Part shown: positions 36,433 through 45,857 of the stretch, piece after piece
How the letters are laid out: each line of letters begins with the position of its first letter
Numbering within the stretch: the stretch's first letter is position 1
NCBI GenBank assembly: GCA_963676795.2
Contig: CAXXTB010000002.1
Span: 896,001 to 960,000, forward strand
Origin: Geopsychrobacteraceae bacterium
GTDB lineage: Bacteria > Desulfobacterota > Desulfuromonadia > Desulfuromonadales > Geopsychrobacteraceae
Reading direction: 5' to 3'
Length of the DNA: 64,000 nucleotides
The notes under the pieces: model-generated
The model's input: only the letters and a program-made list of their open reading frames with translations
Told to the model about the DNA's origin: nothing
Database searches by the model: none
Made by a program: the position numbers and the translations under genes

Positions 36433-38278
36433 GGTTGTTCTCTGTTTCGTTCTGGTGCCTGAACTGGCTGGTGTAAAGCCGCTGATAGGCGCCCTTTGCG
36501 GCCAGTAAAGTTGAATGAGTTCCCTGCTCGATGACGCGCCCCTGATCGATGACAATCAGCTGATCGGCAGCGACAATGGTTGACAGCCGGTGGGCGATGA
36601 CAAAGCTGGTGCGCCCCTGCATCAGCTGGCCGAGGGCCTTCTGGATCTGCATCTCGGTGCGGGTATCGACGGAGCTGGTCGCTTCGTCGAGGATCAGGAT
36701 CGCCGGGTCGGCGAGGATCGCCCGGGCGATGGTGACCAGCTGGCGTTGCCCCTCGGAGAGGTTGCCGCCGCGCTCCGAGAGCAGGGTGGCGTAGCCCTGG
36801 GGCAGGCGGCGGATGAAGCCGTCGGCGTGGGCCAGGCGGGCCGCTTCGAACACATCTTCGTCGCTGGCGGCGAGGCGACCGTAACGGATGTTTTCCAGTA
36901 CCGATTCGCTGAACAGGAACGACTGCTGCAGCACCACACCGAGCTGGCGGCGCAGGCTGTCACGCGAGACCTCGCGGATATCGGTGCCGTCGATCAGGAT
37001 GCGCCCCTCATTCACCTCATAGAAGCGCGACAGCAGGTTGACCAGGGTCGTCTTGCCGGCCCCGGTATGGCCGACCAGGGCGATCCGCTGGCCTGGCTGT
37101 GCATGCAGGGAAACCTCCTGGAGAACTGGGGTGCCGGGAACATAGGCAAAGCTGACCCGGTCGAGCACGACATCCCCCTTGACCCGGGGCAGATCCGGCT
37201 GCGGCTGAGCGCTGCTCTGTTCCGCTTCGCTGTCGAGCAGATTGAAGATCCGTTCGGCGCCGGCCAGGGCGGCCTGGACCTGGTTATAGAGCCCGCCCAG
37301 TTGGCGCAGCGGATCGGCAAAACGCCGTGAATAGGAGATGAAGGAGGCGATGGTGCCGATCGAGACCATACCACGGATCGCCAGCCAGCCGCCGATGCCG
37401 CAGAGGATCGCCACGTTGAGGTTGGCCAGGATGCCCATCAGCGGCATGACGATCAGCGCCAGCGACATGGCCCTGATGCCGACGTTGCGCACGTTTTCGT
37501 TGGCTTCGTCGAAGCGGGAGAGGATGGTTTTCTCCTGGCCAAAGGCGAGGATGACGCGTTGGCCGCTGTAGGCCTCCTCAAGGACGCCGTTCAGGGTGCC
37601 GAGGTTGCTCTGGTAGCTGCGGAAGGCGTTGCGGGTGCCGCGTCCGACCAGCGCGACCAGGGCGATCATCAGCGGAAAGACGAGCATCGAGCTGAGGGCC
37701 AGCCAGGGGTTGAGAAAGAAGATCACCGCCAGAACCCCGATCAGGGTCAGGACCCCGGTAAACAGCTGGGTGATGTTCTGGGTCAGGACGCGGTTGATGG
37801 CGTCGATATCGTTGGTCAGCCGGCTCATCAACTCCCCCTGTCGACGTTCGTCGAGAAAGCTCAGCGACAGGGTCTGAATATGGCTGAACAGCTCGCCGCG
37901 CATGCGGCGCATGGTCCGCTGGGCGATGTCGGCGATCAGCACCCCCTGCCCCAGTTCGGCAAGGGCGGAAAGGGCATAGGCGCCGAGCATCAACAGAACC
38001 ATCTTCAGCAACAGCGCAGGTTGGCGTTCGACCAGCTGGTCGATGGCACGACCCATCAGGTAGGGGGTGGCAATGGTCATGGCGGTGCCGAGGGTGGCGA
38101 TCAGCAGGACCAGGGTCAGGGTGACGTAGTACGGCTGCAGGTAGGCCAGCAGGCGGCGCAGGGCTTTGCCCGCCTCTTTGGGCCGCTCGGTACTGTGGCG
38201 ACCCCCATGGCGGCCACCGGAGCGCGGCATGCCGCTCATTATCGCTGTCGGCTGCTGGCGACGGGTGGTTTCACTCAT
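36419..38278 (-). CDS. ABC exporter, permease + ATPase (heterodimer subunit)
   Basis: TM domain, GHTGAGKT, LSEGQRQ, ILDEATS, AHRLST. Confidence 0.95.
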   Translation of the reverse strand: MSETTRRQQPTAIMSGMPRSGGRHGGRHSTERPKEAGKALRRLLAYLQPYYVTLTLVLLIATLGTAMTIATPYLMGRAIDQLVERQPALLLKMVLLMLGAYALSALAELGQGVLIADIAQRTMRRMRGELFSHIQTLSLSFLDERRQGELMSRLTNDIDAINRVLTQNITQLFTGVLTLIGVLAVIFFLNPWLALSSMLVFPLMIALVALVGRGTRNAFRSYQSNLGTLNGVLEEAYSGQRVILAFGQEKTILSRFDEANENVRNVGIRAMSLALIVMPLMGILANLNVAILCGIGGWLAIRGMVSIGTIASFISYSRRFADPLRQLGGLYNQVQAALAGAERIFNLLDSEAEQSSAQPQPDLPRVKGDVVLDRVSFAYVPGTPVLQEVSLHAQPGQRIALVGHTGAGKTTLVNLLSRFYEVNEGRILIDGTDIREVSRDSLRRQLGVVLQQSFLFSESVLENIRYGRLAASDEDVFEAARLAHADGFIRRLPQGYATLLSERGGNLSEGQRQLVTIARAILADPAILILDEATSSVDTRTEMQIQKALGQLMQGRTSFVIAHRLSTIVAADQLIVIDQGRVIEQGTHSTLLAAKGAYQRLYTSQFRHQNETENNHEKQ

Positions 38279-40040
38279 GAGGGCCTCCTGCCGGTGCTGG
38301 AGGTTCGCCGAGCTGCGACCGGTAGATATCCCGGTAGACGGCGCTGCTGGCCAGCAGCTCATGGTGGGTGCCGATGGCACTGATCCGCCCCTGGTCAAGG
38401 ATGATGATCCGGTCTGCGAGCAGGACCGTGCTGATCCGCTGAGCGACAATGATACGGGTCGTATGGTTGGCGGTTGCCACCAGCAGCCGGTCAAGGGCCT
38501 CCTGCAGGCGGATCTCGGTTTCGATGTCGAGGGCACTGGTCGAGTCATCGAGAATCAGAACCCTGGGTTTGATCAGCAGGGCCCGGGCAATCGCGACGCG
38601 CTGGCGCTGGCCGCCGGACAGGGTGATGCCGCGCTGCCCGACCTGGGTCGCATAACCGTCGGGCAGGCCCATGATAAAGTCATCGGCCTGGGCGGCTTTA
38701 GCTGCGTCCCGTACCTCTGCATCGCTGGCCTGCGGGCGGCCGTAGCGGATATTGTCGGCCACGCTGCCACTGAACAGCACCGATTCCTGCAGGGCCACGC
38801 CGATCTGGCTGCGCAGAGAAGCGAGATCGAGCTTTCTGATATCGATGCCGTCGAAACTGATGCTGCCGCCTGAGACATCGTAAAAGCGCGGAATCAGGTG
38901 GATCAGGGTCGATTTTCCTGAGCCGGTGGCGCCGATGATCGCCAGGGTTTCTCCCGCTTCAGCGACGAAGGAGATCTCCTGCAGGGCGGCTTCCGCCTGT
39001 TCGCCGGGGTAGGAGAAGCTGACCTTGTCGAAGACGATCCGTCCCTGCGGCTGGACAAGGGGGAGGGCATCAGCAGCCGGACCTACCTGTTGTTCGCTGT
39101 CGAGGATTTCGAGGATCCGGCCGGCCGAGGCGTCGGCAGCGGCAATCGGCCCGAGCATGCCGAGCAGCATCAGCAGCGGAAAGAGGGCAAAAGACAGGTA
39201 GTTGACCGAAGCGACAACCTCACCGACGGTCATGGTTCCGCTTATTGTGGCTGAACCGCCAATCCAGACCGCTGCGACGATGGCCAGGTTGAGCACCAGC
39301 AGCATGACCGGCGAGAAGACGGCCATCAGTCTGGCGACGACCAGCGTCTGCTCCATCAGCGCCTGGTTGGCTGATTCAAAACGTTCCTCCTCGTGAGCGG
39401 TGCGGACAAAGGCCTTGACGACGCGCATCCCGGCCAGGTTTTCCTGGAGGACCACGTTGAGCCGGTCGAGGCGCTGCTGGACCTGACGGAACAGCGGCTG
39501 GGCCTTGCGACTGAACAGCCAGGCCGCGATGATGGTGAAGGGGATAAAGAACAGCATCATCAGGGCCAGCCGCGGACTGGTGATGATCAGCAGGACCACG
39601 GCCCCGACCGCCCAGATCGGTGCGCGGGTGAGAATGCGCAACGAAAGCATGACGATGGTCTGAACGCTGGTGACATCGCTGGTCGAACGGACGATCAGGT
39701 TACCGGTCTGCAGCTGGTCGAGTTCGGCAAAGGAGAAGCCCTGAACCTTGCGGATCAGGGCGCTGCGCAGATCGGCGCCGAAATTCATCGAGACGCTTAC
39801 CGACAGGTAGTTGTTGGTCAGGGCGAAACAGGCTGAGAGCAGGGCCGCGCTGGCCATCAGCAGGGCCGTGGTGATGACGACCCTGAGATCGCCCTTGGCA
39901 ATCCCATCGTCGATGATCCGCTGGGTCAGGTGAGGAATCAGCAGATCGGCGACAACCATGGCCAGCAGCAGGAGCAGGGCGGCGATCGCGGTCAGGCGAT
40001 AAGGGCGCAGAAAAGCGGAGAGGCGCAGCAGGGATCTCAT
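38271..40040 (-). CDS. ABC exporter, permease + ATPase (degenerate-site subunit)
   Basis: GATGSGKS, LSGGQRQR, ILDDSTS, AQRIS (non-canonical D/Q residues typical of heterodimeric exporters). Confidence 0.95.
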   Translation of the reverse strand: MRSLLRLSAFLRPYRLTAIAALLLLLAMVVADLLIPHLTQRIIDDGIAKGDLRVVITTALLMASAALLSACFALTNNYLSVSVSMNFGADLRSALIRKVQGFSFAELDQLQTGNLIVRSTSDVTSVQTIVMLSLRILTRAPIWAVGAVVLLIITSPRLALMMLFFIPFTIIAAWLFSRKAQPLFRQVQQRLDRLNVVLQENLAGMRVVKAFVRTAHEEERFESANQALMEQTLVVARLMAVFSPVMLLVLNLAIVAAVWIGGSATISGTMTVGEVVASVNYLSFALFPLLMLLGMLGPIAAADASAGRILEILDSEQQVGPAADALPLVQPQGRIVFDKVSFSYPGEQAEAALQEISFVAEAGETLAIIGATGSGKSTLIHLIPRFYDVSGGSISFDGIDIRKLDLASLRSQIGVALQESVLFSGSVADNIRYGRPQASDAEVRDAAKAAQADDFIMGLPDGYATQVGQRGITLSGGQRQRVAIARALLIKPRVLILDDSTSALDIETEIRLQEALDRLLVATANHTTRIIVAQRISTVLLADRIIILDQGRISAIGTHHELLASSAVYRDIYRSQLGEPPAPAGGPHE

Positions 40041-40534
40041 CTGGTCTCCCCGGTCTGCTCGTTGCTCAGGCTATCGCCGTCACACCCCCTGTCTTCCGCC
40101 GCCAGGTAGAGGTAGACCTTGAACAATGAAGATTTGAGGGTCTTCTGTTCTTCCGCGGACAGCGCGGAGGCCATCTCCTGATCCAGCTCGACAAAGGAGG
40201 TGAGGATTTCGTTCTGCAACTGCCGGGCTTTGAGCGTCAGGTAGACCCGGACGACACGCTGATCCGCTGCGTCCCGGCGCCGTTCGATCCAGCCATCCCG
40301 TTCCATCCGTTTCAGGGTATTGGTCGCCGTTGCAGGAGTGATCTTGAGTGATTCCGCAAGGATATTCTGGGCCATGCCGTCGTTTTGCCAGAGCCTGGCG
40401 AGCAGGAGTCCCTGGGCGTGGTGGAGACCGATGCTTTTCAGTTTTTCCCTGCGCCGATGCCCGACCAGCCGGCAGACATTGGCCAGCAGCTGGCCGACCC
40501 CTGTCTGTTCATTGATGTCGAAGAGTGAAGTCAT
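40037..40534 (-). CDS. MarR family regulator of the efflux operon
   Basis: wHTH, DQRV.RVYLT; first gene of the operon. Confidence 0.92.
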   Translation of the reverse strand: MTSLFDINEQTGVGQLLANVCRLVGHRRREKLKSIGLHHAQGLLLARLWQNDGMAQNILAESLKITPATATNTLKRMERDGWIERRRDAADQRVVRVYLTLKARQLQNEILTSFVELDQEMASALSAEEQKTLKSSLFKVYLYLAAEDRGCDGDSLSNEQTGETR

Positions 40535-40542
40535 AGGTTCCT

Positions 40543-40575
40543 TTATTAGCTAGCTGAAGATTAGCTAGCTAATAA
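40543..40575. promoter_or_regulatory. probable MarR operator
   Basis: Inverted repeat TTATTAGCTAGCT-N7-AGCTAGCTAATAA immediately upstream of the marR start. Confidence 0.7.
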
Positions 40576-40812
40576 TACGACTGCGCCGCCGGTTGAGTCA
40601 AGGGGGACGAATGACCGCTTATTGGTGAAAAGACTGTCCCCCACCTGTCTCCAGCAAAACCGGAATCCTGGCGGAAAGAACGACGATGAATGCCGGGACA
40701 GCGTTTTTTGTGAATAAAAATGGCCCGTCGTTTTTGACAAACCAGCCAAGATCTTAAATAATTACAAGGTCACGTAATCTTTGCCTGCATAGAGAGGTTA
40801 TTTCTTCGCGCT

Positions 40813-42042
40813 ATGCCATCTTCTGATAATCCATCCCGGCACCTGATGCTGAGTCAGCCGATCTATGATCGTCACAAAGCTGCTTACGGTTTTGAGCTGG
40901 TTCCGGTCGACAGCAGGTTTCAGCCGGCGTCAGAGTCTGAAAGCGAGATCTCCCTCAACGATGAAATGATCATGGACCTTGCCGCCGGGATCACCGGTCA
41001 GCTGGCCATCTATTCCAAACCCCTGTTCATCAGTCTTCCCGACTCGCTCTTGCGCGACGACAGCTTTCTGGCATCCCTGTCCAGGCAGATCGTCATTCAG
41101 GTTTCGCCCACCATCGACAAGCAGGATCTGCTGGCCGGGTCGATCGAAAAATGGAAAGATTACGGCTATCAGTTTCTGCTCGATGGCTTTGACTTCAGTC
41201 CGCAGCACAAGGAGCTCCTCCATCTGTTCAGTTACGCCAAGATCGATGCCATCAGCTATTCGGCGGAGGATTTTTCCCTGGGTGTCAAATATCTTCCGCA
41301 GTCAAACTGCCGGTGGATTATCAAAAATCTGGTCACCGAAGAACTCTATTCCGCGTTTTGCGATCATCAGGCTACGCTTTTTCAGGGTTATTACCTCGCC
41401 AGGCCGGTCCCGGTTGAGGGGGTGGCGCTCAGGAATAAGGTCAACGGCTCGGTCAGTCTCGGGCGCATGATCAGCGAGCCTGATGATGAAATTGAGGGGC
41501 TGGTCGGAACTGTCTCAAGCGATCCAAATCTGGTCATTCAATTGCTGAAAATCATTAACAGCCCCTTGTGTGCTCTGCGCCGCCCTATCGAGTCGATCAG
41601 AGATGCTGTCCTCTACCTGGGAATGGGGCAGGTGCGCAAGTGGATCCTGATCATGGCACTGCTGAATACCCGTTCGGTCTCCAGGGGAACCATCCGGCTG
41701 ATATTGACGCGGGCCAAGGCCTGTGAGCTCTATGCCTCAACGGATTTGCAGGCCGCTCCCGAACAGGCCTTTCTGACCGGAATCCTGTCCGGAGTCGAGC
41801 TGCTCTACGGTCTTCAGCCTGAGGCTTTTTTTGAACAGGTCAGTCTTGATCCGGCGATTTGTGACGCTGTACTGAGCGCGCAAGGGAGCCTGGGGCAGAT
41901 CCTGGCGGATTGTCTGAAGATTGAAAGCCTGTTGATGCAAAACCAGGTTGCCGCGGCCCAAAACTGTCCCGAATCACTCGTCAAGGCCTATGCCGAAGCA
42001 GGCGAATGGGCCGAAAATGTTCTGAGCCTGCTGGCCGATTGA
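40813..42042 (+). CDS. degenerate EAL + HDOD domain protein
   Basis: QPIYD..GFEL, LDGF, FQGYYLARP, DP.L...LLK.INS, IESIRDA..LG. Confidence 0.85.
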   Translation: MPSSDNPSRHLMLSQPIYDRHKAAYGFELVPVDSRFQPASESESEISLNDEMIMDLAAGITGQLAIYSKPLFISLPDSLLRDDSFLASLSRQIVIQVSPTIDKQDLLAGSIEKWKDYGYQFLLDGFDFSPQHKELLHLFSYAKIDAISYSAEDFSLGVKYLPQSNCRWIIKNLVTEELYSAFCDHQATLFQGYYLARPVPVEGVALRNKVNGSVSLGRMISEPDDEIEGLVGTVSSDPNLVIQLLKIINSPLCALRRPIESIRDAVLYLGMGQVRKWILIMALLNTRSVSRGTIRLILTRAKACELYASTDLQAAPEQAFLTGILSGVELLYGLQPEAFFEQVSLDPAICDAVLSAQGSLGQILADCLKIESLLMQNQVAAAQNCPESLVKAYAEAGEWAENVLSLLAD

Positions 42043-42180
42043 ACCTTTAACAGATTGTTGATAGCTCTTATCTGCAGGTGACAACCCTTTCCTCCCGCCG
42101 GATGTTCTCGTTAGCCTGGTTGCTCAGGATCCGGGGGCGTCCTCTTGCTATTTATCCGGCTCCGCAGCTAAACTGAAGCC

Positions 42181-43182
42181 ATGGATTCATTGACCCAGAT
42201 GACACTCGGGGCGGCAGTCGGTGAGGCGGTCCTCGGCCGGAAAATCGGTAAGAAAGCGCTGCTATTGGGAGCGCTCTGCGGGACTCTGCCCGATCTCGAT
42301 GTATTCATTCCTTATGCCGATCCGATCAGGTCCTTCACTTACCACAGGGGATTCAGTCACTCGCTCTTTGTCCTGACCCTGCTGACCCCGGTCATTGTCT
42401 GGCTGATTCTCAAGCTGCATCCGAGGATCAAAGATCACAGGAACGCCTTGCTCTGGCTGGTCTGGCTCAGCTTTATCACCCACATTCTGCTCGACTGCCT
42501 GACCGTTTACGGAACGCAGATCTTCTGGCCGCTCTGGAGCTATCCGGTCGGTTTCGGTTCGGTGTTTATCATCGATCCTTTTTATACGGTCCCGCTGCTG
42601 ACCGGGGTCATCGCTGCCCTGGTGATGAGCCGCAGTGGCCAGCGCGGCTTCCGCTTTAACGCCATCACACTGGGGTTGAGCAGCCTCTACCTGGTCTGGA
42701 GCCTTGCCGCACAATACTATGTGACCCAGGTCGTTGAAGCTTCACTGGCCAGCCGGTCGCTTGCCTATGACCGGCTGCTGGTCAGTGCCGGACCACTCAA
42801 CACCCTGCTGTGGCGGATCGTCGCCGTGCAGCCAGGCGGGGACTATATCGAGGGCTACTATTCGCTGGTCGACGGTGAGCGGAAACTGACCTTCAGTTTC
42901 CATGAAAGTCAGCAGGAATATCTCGCGCCGCTCTCCGGGCAATGGCCGGTGGAACGCTTGTCATGGTTTACCAAGGGGTTCTACAAGGTGACTCTAGAAG
43001 GGGACGAGGTGGTGATGACCGATCTGCGCATGGGGGCGGAACCAAGCTATGTGTTTTCCTTCGTTGTCGGCCACGCCTCTTTGCAGGCTCAGGCCCCGGC
43101 CGTCCGTCAGCTGGAATCCGGTCGCGATCTCGGTTTTTTAAAGAAGGCCTGGCAACGGCTCTGGTCAGCAGCGGAGAGCTAA
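42181..43182 (+). CDS. membrane metal-dependent hydrolase (YdjM/DUF457 family)
   Basis: MDSLTQ, LPDLD, HRGFSHS, HILLD..T.YG, IIDP, DLRMG. Confidence 0.9.
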   Translation: MDSLTQMTLGAAVGEAVLGRKIGKKALLLGALCGTLPDLDVFIPYADPIRSFTYHRGFSHSLFVLTLLTPVIVWLILKLHPRIKDHRNALLWLVWLSFITHILLDCLTVYGTQIFWPLWSYPVGFGSVFIIDPFYTVPLLTGVIAALVMSRSGQRGFRFNAITLGLSSLYLVWSLAAQYYVTQVVEASLASRSLAYDRLLVSAGPLNTLLWRIVAVQPGGDYIEGYYSLVDGERKLTFSFHESQQEYLAPLSGQWPVERLSWFTKGFYKVTLEGDEVVMTDLRMGAEPSYVFSFVVGHASLQAQAPAVRQLESGRDLGFLKKAWQRLWSAAES

Positions 43183-43194
43183 TGTTTCGGTTAG

Positions 43195-43368
43195 CTACGG
43201 CTTTTCTTCTTTTTCCTGTTTCTTCTGCGCGTCGGCATATCTCTGCCCCTGTTCACAGCTTGGTGTTTTAAGTGGGCATTTAAGCGGGCAGACCGGGCAG
43301 ATCTTTGTCTTATCTGTATCTTCTTTACCCGTTGCCGGTGCTCTGGCGGCTGAATGCTTTTCAGACAT
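43195..43368 (-). CDS. small Cys-rich hypothetical protein
   Basis: CPVCPLKCPLKTPSCEQG; AGGAAG upstream of ATG at 43368. Confidence 0.55.
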   Translation of the reverse strand: MSEKHSAARAPATGKEDTDKTKICPVCPLKCPLKTPSCEQGQRYADAQKKQEKEEKP

Positions 43369-43474
43369 AGCGATCTTCCTGTAACGAATGGACTCCTTGT
43401 ATTTGAACCGGACTGACATTGATGTGTCAATGCTAGATCGTGCCCATCCGGAAACTCCGGTGGGCACAACGTCG

Positions 43475-43834
43475 AGTCATGTCAGTCCTTAGTCCACGGA
43501 AATCACAGAAATCACGGAAAAAAAACTATTTGACCACAGAGGACACTGAGAAAGGGCATTGAAATTTAAAGGTCAGATCCTAAAAAGCAGGGTCATGTCA
43601 GTCTTTTGTCCACGAAAAAGCACGAAACTCACGGAAAAAATCAGAATCTGTTTCATCTCAGAGACACCGAGGTCCCGGAGAAAAGCTTAATCCGAAGGTT
43701 GCCTGTATTACTTATAACTCCTCCATTCCTGAAAACGCGAACCCGTCTGACTTTGTCTGTGTGGGTCTGTGGCCAAAAACAGATTTTCTCTGTGTCCTCA
43801 GCGTCTCTAGGGAGCGTAGCGAGCGGGCATGAGA
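43475..43834. repeat. composite repeat; 43547-43834 is a near copy of 46447-46732
   Basis: Shared GAGAAAGGGCATTGAAATTTAAAGGTCAGATCCT ... GGTCTGTGGCCAAAAACAGATTTTCTCTGTG ... GCGTAGCGAGCGGGCATGAGA. Confidence 0.9.
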
Positions 43835-43874
43835 AGAGAAAAGCTATTATTGCTGAATCGAAGAGATGGTGTTC

Positions 43875-44216
43875 TTAACCGTTCCATGTCCGGTGAGGGC
43901 CGATATCGATATGGCGAAAGGTGCTGTATTTGCCGAGGCCGCCAATTTTGTTGTCATTGTACATCTTCAGACAGAGGTCAAAAAGGGACTGCCTTACAGA
44001 CAGGTGGGTGGTAATGTCTGCGGCATTTCCCAGGGTGTGCTGAGACTTTGGGGCACCACCGACCTCTTTGTTATGTTTTGCGCAACGATATCCGCTGGTG
44101 ACAGTGACAGAACTGCCAAGCTGCTGTTCAATGCCTTTTACCAGGCTGATCACTTTCTCCGAGATATTGTTTGCACAGCAGCAGGGGCAGGAAAAATCAC
44201 TTCTGGATACAGACAT
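43875..44216 (-). CDS. peptidase M15A family (YcbK-like Zn peptidase), no signal peptide
   Basis: F.CPCC, VTSGYRC..HN..VGGA..SQH..GNAADI, GGLG.Y..F.HID. Confidence 0.9.
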   Translation of the reverse strand: MSVSRSDFSCPCCCANNISEKVISLVKGIEQQLGSSVTVTSGYRCAKHNKEVGGAPKSQHTLGNAADITTHLSVRQSLFDLCLKMYNDNKIGGLGKYSTFRHIDIGPHRTWNG

Positions 44217-44236
44217 AAGTTGTGTGTCCTTTTCAT

Positions 44237-44752
44237 TTAGTCAATAAAACTGTGCTCGCCTGAGTATTTGTCTTTCAGAGATTTTTGCAGGGATCTGATT
44301 TTTTCCTGAAGTGCCTCTGTCCCTGTTTCATTTTTCAGTCTTTTGATCTCCAGATCTTTTTTCAAAAGTTCCAACTGCTGAAATGCGATGTAGCCTTCAA
44401 CATATTTGGCCCAGTTTGAAAAACCTATATTCTGCATATCCCAATCGAGAGATTGGATGTTTTTCAGGTCGTTACTGCTGACACTGAAGGTGAGCTTTTG
44501 ATCCTTAGGCAATCTGTTTCTGTAGAATGCGAGTTTCTGCTGCTCGGTTAGTTCTGCAGAACTATTGAGCAGAAGGTTGAGCAGGTTTCGATAATCGCTG
44601 AGAGCACCATTGATTTTGTTCATGACCTGCTCAGATTCCTCCTGGCTGAAGGAAATCTGTTGATCTTTTTCCTTTGCTGCGAAACAGCAAGAGCAGAAAA
44701 TGAAAATGCTTATAAAAAGAAAGATCAGTGATCTTAGCATGTATAGCTCCAT
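44237..44752 (-). CDS. hypothetical secreted protein
   Basis: N-terminal hydrophobic signal ending CFA; AT-rich; TTGACT-16-TATCAT upstream; start may be 44740. Confidence 0.7.
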   Translation of the reverse strand: MELYMLRSLIFLFISIFIFCSCCFAAKEKDQQISFSQEESEQVMNKINGALSDYRNLLNLLLNSSAELTEQQKLAFYRNRLPKDQKLTFSVSSNDLKNIQSLDWDMQNIGFSNWAKYVEGYIAFQQLELLKKDLEIKRLKNETGTEALQEKIRSLQKSLKDKYSGEHSFID

Positions 44753-44834
44753 TAATGAGTTTATTGCTCATATGATATAGCCATGTTAAATAAAGTCAAC
44801 GGTGTAGACGTCTTGAAAGGCAATTTGGGGTTCA

Positions 44835-45145
44835 AAACCGCCCTTACGCAGAGCCGCAGAGAAAACCAGGCCAAATCCAAGGTCAAAGTTTCCATTCCTA
44901 TAAAGGGCCCAGTCTTTCTCGGTGTTCTCCGTGTCTCAAGCAACCGCAGGGCGCGGGTGGTGTCAGATTTTCCATGGAACAGACGAAAAATGTTCAGGAT
45001 TTTTTCACCACGGAGCCGCAAAGGGCCGGGAGAAAAGCTTAATCCGAAGGTTTGTCCCTGTGGGGCTGTGGCCCCAAAAACAGATCTTCTCTGTGTTCTC
45101 AGCGTCTTGAGAGAGTGTAGCGAGCGGGCGTGAGATCGGTTTGGG
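44835..45145. repeat. composite repeat (partial third copy of the 43.5/46.4-kb element)
   Basis: GAGAAAAGCTTAATCCGAAGGTT, CTGTGGCC..AAAAACAGAT, GAGTGTAGCGAGCGGGCGTGAGATCGGTTT. Confidence 0.85.
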
Positions 45146-45167
45146 CGCTTGAAACTGAACTGTCTGG

Positions 45168-45190
45168 GGTATATACTCTTGGTATATATT
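45168..45190. promoter_or_regulatory. probable VapBC operator
   Basis: Two GGTATATA boxes (GTATATAC palindrome) just upstream of the antitoxin RBS. Confidence 0.6.
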
Positions 45191-45202
45191 TTGGAGGCGC
45201 TT

Positions 45203-45430
45203 ATGAAAACAGCAAAATTATTTCAAAATGGAAAAAGTCAGGCCGTCAGGTTGCCGAAAGAGTTTCGCCTGGAAGGGACTGAGGTTTACATCAAGCAGGT
45301 CGGTAATGTCGTTCAACTCATTCCGATGACCGATTCCTGGAATAGTTTTCTGGCCAGCCTCGATAAATTCTCCCCGGATTTTATGGCCGACCGGGGGCAG
45401 CCTCCGCTGGAGAATCGGGAGGAGTTCTGA
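45203..45430 (+). CDS. vapB: AbrB-type antitoxin VapB
   Basis: AKLFQNGKSQAVRLPKEFR; GGAGG RBS; stop overlaps toxin start. Confidence 0.95.
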   Translation: MKTAKLFQNGKSQAVRLPKEFRLEGTEVYIKQVGNVVQLIPMTDSWNSFLASLDKFSPDFMADRGQPPLENREEF

Positions 45431-45837
45431 TGATTCTTCTCGATACAAACATCTGCATCTATATCATCAAGCGCAAGCCCGCTGAAGTTCTGAACCATTT
45501 TCAGAAGTATCATCCCGGAGATATTGGTCTCTCTTCGATCACCTTGGCGGAGCTGCACTACGGTGTCGCCAAGAGTCAGTCTCAACAACGTAACACTGAA
45601 GCTCTTTCGGAGTTTTTGATTCCTTTTGAAATCCTGCCATTCGGGAATGAGGCAACTCAAGCTTACGGAGTCATCAGAGCATCCCTTGAACGTGAGGGAA
45701 ACGTCATCGGCGCGATGGACCTGCTCATCGCTGCCCATGCGATTTCTCTTAATGCTGTTCTGGTGACCAACAACACCCGAGAGTTTGAACGCGTTCCGGG
45801 ATTAAAGCTGGAAAACTGGGTCAGTTCAACAAGCTGA
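45430..45837 (+). CDS. vapC: PIN-domain toxin VapC
   Basis: LLDTNICI, AEL.YG, DLLIAAHA, VTNN.REF.RV.GL..ENW. Confidence 0.95.
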   Translation: MILLDTNICIYIIKRKPAEVLNHFQKYHPGDIGLSSITLAELHYGVAKSQSQQRNTEALSEFLIPFEILPFGNEATQAYGVIRASLEREGNVIGAMDLLIAAHAISLNAVLVTNNTREFERVPGLKLENWVSSTS

Positions 45838-45857
45838 TGAGCCATAATTCAACAGCA

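Noticed and set aside
43875..44216. Prophage remnant suggested by endolysin-like genes (also 16270-16635)
   Set aside because: No holin, structural, replication or integrase genes nearby
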